Part shown: in pieces, positions 55,501 to 64,000 of the stretch
How positions within the stretch are numbered: the first letter of the stretch is position 1
How the letters are laid out: every line of letters starts with the position of its first letter
NCBI GenBank assembly: GCA_051294375.1
Contig: CM119271.1
Coordinates: 4,907,579-4,971,578 of the forward strand
Source: Paraspadella gotoi
Taxonomy: Eukaryota > Animalia > Chaetognatha
Length of the DNA: 64,000 bases
Reading direction: 5' to 3'
Notes under the pieces: generated by a model
The model's database searches: none
What the model saw: the letters and a program-made list of their open reading frames with translations, nothing else
What the model was told of the DNA's origin: nothing
Translations under genes and position numbers: made by a program

Positions 55501-57561
55501 CCGCCGTAAGCGGCGTAGAATCGGCGGAAACGGCTCCGGAGTCAGCAGCGGTGCAGGAAGTAAGTCAAAGCGCCAAACAAAAACGCGGCGGACACGGAAG
55601 GAGATCTCCCGGCTCCGGTCGCATCGATGAAGGAAAACCGGAAGTCGCGTCTGGTCGTGAAATCATCGTGACGAGACAAAGGTCACGCACTCAGTGAATC
55701 TTTCGCAAACAGGACAGATTTACCAGTCAAGAGTAAACAAGCGTTTTACATTGTTCATATCTCTTAACCTGTGATACTTTTTTTTACAGGGGTGGGACCA
55801 TATATAGAGACAAAATTTAAAAACTCATTACTCTAAAATAAATATTTGTATAATACTCTTTTAGCTTTTAGACGATATTTTAATCTTAAAATTTTTTAAT
55901 ATAATGTTTTTTTGATGCAGCAAAGGCAACTGCTCGATTTTCTCCGCGCGGTTTGAAAGAAAAACGTTTGACTACTTATTGTTTAATCCCATTCTAAACA
56001 CATACCAGATAAAATTATTAATGAAAATGCTTATTTATAGTATAAGAATACTTTTAGCATGGTATACATTACATTTTTGTCCAAAAAATGTTGAGGTAAG
56101 TAAGGTTCGGGTAAGTTACTATTATAATCCAATTTTTATCAAAACTGACCTTTATATATCTGACAATATCGTTATTAAATTTTTAAATAATCATATCAGA
56201 TTTCAGAATACATGATAAAAGGGTCAAGTCAGCAAAAAATACATAAATTATTTGACGATTTAAGCTTATTCCTTGTGTATAAACTATCAATTTCGTTGCG
56301 TTTGAAGTTTAGGAGAAAAAACAATTTATTTGTTTTTATCAACGAATTGTATTATTGGTAAGACATGTTTCGACTCTTCGCTTATTCCTTAAAATCTTCT
56401 TAAAATTTTATTTTACTTACCCTATAGAATGAAAATCTGAAATTAGAAAAAATTAAAGAGAAGACATACCATTATCATATTCAGAAACCACTGAAAAATA
56501 TTAACAGTATGGCTTTTATACTATGCAATGTAAGGTGCGCGTATAAAAATGACTAAATGATTTGAAAACATCCACAACGCCCTGTAGTTGTTTAAAATTT
56601 GTTATTGTTTCATTGCATATGAAAGTAAAAGGACAGAAAAATCTTTTGGCACCTATTTTATTATTTTATCTCAAATCGTTCAGACAGGGCAGGACATTAA
56701 GTTTTGTCTCGATATATGGTCCCACCCCTGTAAAACCATGAACAGATATTTTCTCGTGGTTGTTTTTGTTTAATTTTAAATTAAGCCCTGTAGTTTTAAT
56801 TAAAATAATTAGCGTCTAATCTAGTTTATTAGGAGGCGGGCATTTGAAAATTGGGGTTAATTTTACTTTCGCCGACCGGGGTTAGGGGTTAGGGTTAAGT
56901 ATAATTCAAGGATGGTTAAAGGTGGTTAAGGTTAAAAGGATTTAGAGTTAGGACAATTAAATAACAAAATTTATTTTTATAAATATTTTTTTAAAAAACG
57001 CCAAAACCCCGGTCGGCGAAAGTAAAATTTTGACGAAAATTAATGGAAAAGGAAATATCAGAGTCGGTCGATCTCGTCAATATTATTTATCGTTTTTTAA
57101 AAATCACGTTTTGTAGAAATATTGAAGAAATAAATGCGATTTCATCGCTAAGAAAGTTTTAGCTCAAATTTTAAATCGAAATTATTACGATGAATTATTA
57201 CGATTAGATTTATTTCACTTTACATCGATATAATTTTAAAAAGTATGCTTGCCAAGTAATAAATTGATATGTCTAATTTTCTTTTTTGTAATGTATGTAT
57301 CACAAAATTACGGTAGACAAAGTAAATCGTCAGTTTAATCCTTCCCCCCACCTCAAAAACTGTCTTGGATCCCGGCCCAATTCCGTGAGTGGCCCTGACG
57401 CCGTGCCACATAAAGCCGAAGCCTTTGTGACTCAAGGGTGTGACCGAGTACTTGTCCTCGAAGCGAAGCGTCAAGTCGGCATTGTACTCATCGAGGATAA
57501 CCTCGTCGTCTCCTTCGTCGCCCCACGTTTCGTCACGCGATGATCCTTTACCGCCGCCCAT
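48177..57561 (-). CDS. HNRNPU: hnRNP U / HNRNPUL1-like (SPRY, AAA_33, RGG-type tail), no SAP domain found
   Basis: [114 protein letters not shown], and a G/Y/R-rich tail with two apparent frame breaks in G runs. Confidence 0.88.
48933..49464. mobile_element. Tc1/mariner-type MITE in a hnRNPU intron
   Basis: About 50-bp terminal inverted repeats CAGAAGG(T/C)TTCATATTATAAAATGTGGTACCC(A/C)TTTTTTGTGACCAGAA flanked by TA on both sides; no ORF. Confidence 0.88.
51825..52150. mobile_element. Foldback/MITE-like repeat, copy 2, internally deleted (hnRNPU intron)
   Basis: Homologous to 46111-46704, with ends CGTAGT...ACTACG. Flanked by a 14/16 direct repeat CTACTAGA(C/T)ATTA(A/G)AA at 51809-51824 and 52153-52168. 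Confidence 0.7.
52382..52541. repeat. (GA)n microsatellite, acting as a long (CT)n tract before a hnRNPU acceptor-side or donor-side intron end
   Basis: About 160 bp imperfect GA run preceded by a short (GT)n, inside a hnRNPU intron. Confidence 0.95.
53923..55697 (+). CDS. C2H2 zinc-finger protein (2 fingers) with N-terminal PLDFS motif, nested antisense in a hnRNPU intron, 2 exons
   Basis: Exon 1 53923-54026 ([18 protein letters not shown]) and intron 54027-54205 (GTAAAA..TTGCAG) join in frame to the 492-aa ORF. Fingers [22 protein letters not shown] and [22 protein letters not shown]. Confidence 0.82.
55787..56730. mobile_element. Tc1/mariner-type non-autonomous element (944 bp)
   Basis: TIRs CAGGGGTGGGACCATATAT(A/C)GAGACAAAA(T/C)TTAA with TA on both sides; AT-rich interior with no transposase ORF. 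Confidence 0.88.
56859..57029. mobile_element. Small MITE containing telomere-like TTAGGG units
   Basis: 25-bp inverted repeats AATTTTACTTTCGCCGACCGGGGTT; internal GGGGTTAGGGGTTAGGGTTAA and degenerate GGTTAA units. Confidence 0.75.
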
Positions 57562-57917
57562 TTTGTATAGGCCTTTGATCTATATGTCTTTGTGTAGTAA
57601 TATAATTTATTACTCTTACTGAAATAAAGCGTTTTATCAAAAGAACATGATTCATTTCTTTTGTAAATGATCTAAGACCATGATTGTAAAAAGAAAATAC
57701 GTGACTAGATAGTGGAATGAAAGTGATTTTTGTTCTAAAGAAAGTTTAAAAGACATTTTATAAAGAAAGTCTTTAAAACAATATGAAATTCCAGCGTAAT
57801 TGAAAAGTTACAGGCTAACTACGTATAAAGAGAAAATACGGAATGGAATGCGTTTCTTTTCAATTACAAAGCGCGTGACACCAACAAAAAGAACTGGTAC
57901 TGTACGATTCGAGATCG

Positions 57918-58308
57918 TTACTCGAGAAGTTTCTTCAGCGTTCCCTTCTGGTGTAGTTTCACTGTATCGTCTCCTCCCCCAATACATTTTCCTTTTATGA
58001 AAACGCGTGGAACGCTGCGAGCGCCTAAGCAGTTGAAACATTTTGTTTAATCATATTATAAATTGAAAAGGTATGCATGTAAATATGAGACGTTTAAAAT
58101 TATTGAATTCAAACATACCTGTCAATTTTTTGCAGTAGTCTTGAATTTCATCCATATCAGCTCTCTCTTCGATTTCCACCACAAAACAATCGTCAATCTG
58201 ATATTGCTCCAAAATTTGTTTCGCTTTCGTGCAGAAAGGACATGTACTCTTTGAAATAACCACAACTTTGTGGTTTTTGATGATATCGTCGACGAAGGCT
58301 TCAGCCAT
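57918..58308 (-). CDS. GLRX: Glutaredoxin (dithiol CPFC), 2 exons
   Basis: KVVVISKSTCPFCTKAK..IQDYCKKLT-GARSVPRVFIKGKCIGGGDD. Confidence 0.93.
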
Positions 58309-58443
58309 CTTTGTTTTGATTGGCAAACAAAGTTATAGACTTAGAGTCAGGTTCTGTGGTCTAGTCTCCACTCTAATTTGTTGTAAGACTAAGTGGTAAA
58401 TGCGTATAAATTAAAACAAACTCCATTAATGACTAAAAATTAT

Positions 58444-59334
58444 TTATTTCCCCTCCATAGTCTTGTCTCTTTGAATGACTATGTCTTCGAATTTGATCAT
58501 AAAGGTGGTGCCGTTGTGCCAGTGGGCGCTGACTTTCGCGGGAAACCCACTCCCGCAGAGTACGGCTTCGATCATTCCGGCGATGAAGGCGGAAGGATTG
58601 AGGGCGCCTACAAAATGAACCAAATAAATTGACAATTTGACATTTGACAAGTCCTCTGCCCCAAAACTGCCCTCGCACCTTTATCTTTGGGCACGGGTAT
58701 GAACTTGTTGACGAGCGGTTCCTTCTCGATGATGTAATACGTCCGCTCGTCCTCGTTGGCTTTCTCTAGCTTGTCGGCCTCTTTTCCGAACCAAGTTCGC
58801 CATAGGTTAGTCTTGATGTACAACAAGAGGTTGAGGAACTTAGTCTCGCGTTTCAAAGTTTTCTCTCTGACGCAGCTGAGGTCGAGCACGCGACGACCCA
58901 CGTGAGCGCCCACGTCTGCAAGCTTTTGCTGCAGCTCCGGCACGGTGTTGGCGCGGTTTTGGGAATACTGGGCGAATTGAAGGTAAAAAGGGGGGGGGGG
59001 TAGGAATCATTACCATCTCACGATTCTTGGCCTTCCGAAAATGTCAAAATTCCTGGCCTATAGTAGATTTGCATACTATATGTATTTTCTTTCTATCTTA
59101 TACGAATTTAATAATTTAAGTAAATTTCAGCTTCATCGAAACTAAAGATTTAGGGAAATACTCGAAGACCTGAACGATTTCGGAGAAGAGAAGGGCGAAG
59201 GTCGAGACATTGATTTCCGCCTTTCCTTTGCTCAACGGTTTATCTAAGATGGCGCCAGACGGAATGACGCGACCGGACGCGATCGGCGCGCCTAACGCAA
59301 CAGACTTGGGGGCGCTCCCCGATGGGACGCTCAT
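58444..59334 (-). CDS. TRAPPC5: TRAPP complex subunit 5, 3 exons
   Basis: ILDKPLSKGKAEINVSTFALLFSEIVQYSQNR, FGKEADKLEKAN..YYIIEKEPLVNKFI, GFPAKVSAHWHNGTTFMIKFE. Confidence 0.95.
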
Positions 59335-59933
59335 TATACAAAATCAAAGATTATAGTTTATAGAGAGATCAATTTTTCTCGTTCGGGAATAGAATCTCTT
59401 CGCTAAAACTCGGAACGGAAAGTGATACTGGAAGTAAAACGATTTTGAAAAAAAATTTATTAATGTCGAAATTTGTCATAAAACGTGAGCGACATCAAGC
59501 AGTCAAACATTTCAAATCTCTTGGACAAAGTAGTGATAACTACTGTTTCTTAAGAAAAAAATTGTAAGACATGAAAAAAGGGCAAATACATAGCTACTAG
59601 ATAGGTGTATTTTAGGTAAGGTATATTGCGGAAGCCTTTCAGAATTATCGTTTTCATTCCCTGTAATCAACAAACCCAACACATTTACGTACATATACGT
59701 ACGTTAAAAAGCAACCCCAATTTATCTTCGTTACAACAGTATACTAACACTAAAATTGAAAATAACTGGCCTGTAACGATTGATGAAAAAATTATAAACT
59801 ACTTATAGTCTTATAGGGTGAACGAAAATCGACAGTTGGACGTACAAAAACAAAAAAAACAAAAAAAAAAACACTCAAAATATAAACAAACTAAAAATAA
59901 AAACACGTAAAACCGAAAAGACAATAACAATCA

Positions 59934-60994
59934 TTAATGAACCATCCGATTCAATTTAAGAATTTTTCCCAGTCTTTGTTTCGCGGTGGCGAATCCTTTC
60001 TTGCCTTTTTTGACTTCAGGTCTAACGGAAAGAGAGAGAGAGGGCGTGCGTGCGAGCTGAGGTGGCGGTTTTCCCGACGACGACGAGGGCCGAGATTCCA
60101 AATCGATGCGGAGCGAAGATCGGGATTCACCGGGGTCTTCGTCCTCGTCAGCGACGGTAGAGTTGAGGGCGTCCTCCGGAGGTTCCGTCGTTCCGTGCAT
60201 GCGCATCGAGAGCAAGGAACTGCCAGAATCTGAGCAGAAGTAGAAACATTCCGTAGGAGGGTCTTCTTGACGGATTATATGATCATCTCGTGCTCCAGAA
60301 TCTCACCTTTCGATCCGCCGGGTTTTTTCTTCTTGACGTAGTGCCTCTTCAGCGGGTGTCCCTCGAGACGGTTCCTCGCATCCTCCTTCAGCTTCTCCAC
60401 TGCCTCGTTCCTCTTTCCCTCGCGTTTCTCTCGCTCAGGCTTGGCACAGTTGGGGACGCACTTGGCGCCCGGCGTCCAGGTGTCATCTTTGGCGACGGAC
60501 CCGCTTCCTTGCTCTGAAGAAAAAAAGAAACGAGGGTGATAGAAATCCTCAAGTCGATTGCGAAAAGTGAAAGATATTATTTCGAGATGGATAATGGATT
60601 TTGCAACATACTTCACGTCGACATGGAGAAGAAGCCAACGTTCGTTCATATCAGTTTACTTTTAAATGTATTAGAAGAAGTATTACCGTCTAAATCAGAA
60701 ATTTCCAGCGCCGGGTAAATGTAGTCTTTGTCCTCATGCGCGGCTTTAATCACGTCGTCCGCTTCTGAAACTGAAAAAGAATTGGTCGCGTGATGAAACC
60801 ATTGAGAAGCTGAAAAATAACTTCAAAAGCAAGCTAACCTTGAGGAGAAGACCATGAATTTCGCATTTGTCTCTGCGGCCTGGGCATAGGGTGAGGCGTC
60901 GACGACATGAAATTGGGAAAAAGTATTCCGGCCGGTTGAGGATGATCTCGAGAAGGAGTCCGACTATCATTGGGAAGAGGAGGGTCATTTCGAA

Positions 60995-61033
<39 letters not shown>

Positions 61034-64000
61034 AAACGAATAAATAAAAAAAATCGCAAAGAAACCCACCAAGCAGCATCATTTCCTCCTGGACTCCCGA
61101 CCAGCAGCCTCGGTGAAGACAGGAGGCTCGTCCGGTAAGGGACGGTGGCGTCCGCGGAAACGGGTTCTGATCCGGCGATAAAGCTGGAGCGGATGGGACT
61201 CATGCCCGCACGACCGGGACTGGAGAACGAGCGATGGGCTAGTCCGAAGATCCCAGCTTGGCGTTCGGGAAGAGGAGAGGAGAGTCCTAAGGGATCCCGA
61301 CGAACGCTCCAAGTCGGAGATTTCATCGAGGGCGGAGGAGAGCCCATTGTCTAAAAGATGAAATTGAAGACAATTTTTTTTGGCTTTAAATTTAAAGAAG
61401 GTATTCAGAAATCCTCTCTCGAACAAAAGGTAAAAATATCCTCCTTAGTATTGACCATTTTCCTTCTATTACTTTCCAGTATAAAATGACTGCTTCTTTC
61501 CTTGCCCCCCTCGACTCACGGATTCCGACTCGGCGCCGCTTTGTTCTCCATCGCTGGAGGTCATCGTCGTCGAGGAGGCCTGACCCTCGAGCTTGGCCTG
61601 AAAGAGTTTGTTGATGGAGAGTCGCAGTTTGAGAGGGGCGTGTTCGGTGGGGCTCAGCATAGGCTGCGGCTGGAGATGAGTGGGAGACATGGAAGAGTGG
61701 GAGGACGGCGAAGCCAGTTTCGGATAGGCTGGGCCAGAGGAAGGCGCCGAATCGGCGGAAGGTGACGCCGTTGGCGCCGATGCGACTAGACTCGAGCGTC
61801 TCGGAGACGACGCCGTCGCAGTCGGGTCTTCGACGTCGGGCCCCAGACGCGGCGAGACGTTAGCGTTGACACTCGTGGACGCGACGATTGGGCGATCAGT
61901 CGGCGATCCTTCTTCGTGTTTCTCACCGTTGTCGCCTCCGACAGAATTGAGGCGAAGCTTCGGCCGCTTCTTCTTCCGCCGATCCTCGTTGCCGCGATCA
62001 TCGATGTAGTTTTTCGTCGCGTCTAATCCGAATTCCACCACGTTTTCGCTTTTCCCCTCATCTTCGGCCGCGCGACGCAAGAGCCTTTGTTCATCCTGCC
62101 GCTGCTGCTGCTGCTCGAATTTTTTCCTTTGCTTATCCGTTTTGTTAGTTTTGTCCGTCTTGTCCTTTTTCGAAGATTTGACGTCACCGCCGCCGCGGTG
62201 ATCGGCGTTCCGGTCTGCCAGCACGCGATGTTTGGCGCTCTTCGGATCGGGGACGGGCGGTTCCGACTTTCTAACGACGTCGTCCCCACTCTTGGCAGTT
62301 ACTTTCGTCTCCGCCTTTCGACGAGGCGAATCCTTAATTTTGACCGTTTTCAGACTCCGTTTTCCTTTGACTGCCGCCGATGACTGAACGGAGTTCGCTG
62401 TTTATCAAAAAATAAATTAGTTACAAAATATATTTTACCAAGCAAGACTCATGAACCAACCCGTCGTGGAGGCTACGTCGGTCGCCTCGACGACGGAATC
62501 GATGATGTCGTCGAGATCTTTTTCCGCATTTTCCTCCTGCAACTTGTTTTTCTTTTTCCTCTTCGTCGGACTACTCTCCTCTTCCTCCACTTTTCCCTCC
62601 GCCTTCCTCCTTTTGGATGCAGAGGGCGATAAATTCTCCTCGCCGGATAAAAAAGTCCCCTCTTCCTCCTCGTCTCGGGTCTCCTTTTTCCGTTTCCCCG
62701 TTTTGCCAGTCTTGCCAGTCTTTCCAACTTTGTCAACTTTGCCCGTCGCCTTTTCCGATTTCGCTGGGCGCCCGGGTTTTTTTCCGCGTTTTAACGGCTT
62801 TTCAGCCGCGGGTTGAGAAACGGCGGCTGCTGCGGCCGCGGCGGAGGCCGGTGACCGTCGGACGCCGGGTAAGGGTGCCATGTCGACAGAGAGATCGCGA
62901 TCCTCTTCCAGATCGAAGTCGTAGACTGATGCTGGGTCTGAAAGTAGATATATACACCGTGAGCCAAATCGATTGAATGATACCTGACCTACCAAACATT
63001 GTTTGCAGAGGAGGATTTAGCCTGCCGTCCAATTCTCCTCTTTCTCTTCTTTCCACCTCCTCCTGCCCCTCAGTATATTTTGTCTAGCGATACATTCTCT
63101 CGTTTCTACTCCTCGCGAAATATACCATTATTTTCCCTCTATTTCTTCATGCCTTCAATAGTCAATACCCCTCAAGGTTTGTTTCTAGATTTAGATTTAT
63201 AGATTTGTAGATTTATTGTTCCTATAACATATTTTTAGTTTTGTAGATTTATTGTTCCTATAACATAGGAACCTTTTGCAACCATTCCCGTAATTATTTA
63301 TTTGCTCTCTTTTCTTTCAGAAAAAGATTTACACAACAAATAAGTTTGATTCTTTTGCAAGACTTCTTTAGTGACAAATTACTTTAATAAAATTTTAAGA
63401 TAATTCTTAATTATTTCTCTTCTCGAATACCCGCTGTGGGAGAGGATGGGATTGGCCTCGAGGCACCGAGAAGCGGAGATCTTAAAGGGTCTTCCTTCAT
63501 CATTTTCTCTTCCGCCGCCGCCGCCGCCACCGCCACCACGGCGACAGCAGCCGCCTTTTTCGCTTTGCTCGTCGTCGTTTTGTTCTCCGTGGCCTCCTTC
63601 GCTTTCCGCCCTCCCTTTCGTCCAACGACCATGTTGGCGCCGGCATTCTTTCGCTGCGGGCGCTGCGGCGGCGCCACCGGGTTTTCGGCCAAAGCCGACT
63701 TGTCAACATAGGCGACCTGCTTGGCCAAATCCTTGCTCAGTTTTGCTGGAACGAGGTCCTCGGGAATTAGATCTTTCGATTTGACGAGGTAATCTTTGGA
63801 AGAGAGCCACGACTTCAAAACCAGCGCCATCTCTTTCGCGGCTCTGGATAAATGGAGTAGAAACGATCGTTTGGAGATAAAGGGTTTTGAGGTTCTGCCA
63901 GTAGCGACTTAGAAGAAAAACTCGAAAGACAAACCGAAAAAACATAGGATGTGGCGGGCGCTTCTCCTCCCTGGCGAGGCTGAGGTGGTGGCGGAGAAAG
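59934..64000 (-). CDS. KDM7/PHF2/PHF8-family JmjC histone demethylase, 3' part only (5' end beyond window)
   Basis: C-terminal KKGFATAKQRLGKILKL, DKDYIYPALE, DDTWTPGAK..REG, and helix LKSW..IPEDLVPAKLSKDLAK, all characteristic of this family. The PHD and JmjC domains lie outside the window. Confidence 0.82.
60994..61033. repeat. (TAAA)n microsatellite in an intron
   Basis: Perfect tetranucleotide run. Confidence 0.9.
63205..63325. repeat. Intronic tandem duplication plus dispersed repeat shared with 20378-20432
   Basis: TTGTAGATTTATTGTTCCTATAACATA occurs twice; TGCAACCATTCCCG.AATTATT..TTTCAGAAAAA is also present in a CLEC16A intron. Confidence 0.6.

Overview
This is eukaryotic DNA, most likely from an invertebrate animal with a compact genome: GC/CpG-rich exons, short AT-rich GT-AG introns and the standard genetic code. 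The ORF track is fragmented by introns, so gene models were rebuilt by hand. Nineteen consecutive protein-coding genes lie on the minus strand. In transcription order they are KDM7/PHF8-like (partial), TRAPPC5, glutaredoxin, hnRNPU-like, FMC1, TCP1, EXOG, a TPR/beta-helix/MYND protein, RNF126-like, SLC4A1AP, two RDH11-14-like SDRs, CLEC16A, two paralogous Ig-superfamily proteins, SAMHD1, DDX41, PCYOX1 and MON1 (partial). Thirteen of the 18 stop-to-ATG spacers are about 135-460 bp, and several ATGs have an apparently unpaired 3' splice acceptor just upstream, which suggests polycistronic transcription resolved by trans-splicing (inference). The only plus-strand gene, a C2H2 zinc-finger protein with a PLDFS motif, is nested in a hnRNPU intron, and all recognisable mobile elements are intronic. 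Other points of interest are an Ig receptor with a cytoplasmic EF-hand motif next to a tailless paralog, an SDR paralog lacking the catalytic Tyr, and a -1 frame break in CLEC16A at C_CCA_AAC that is probably a homopolymer assembly error. Gene identities come from remembered family motifs; no database search was run.
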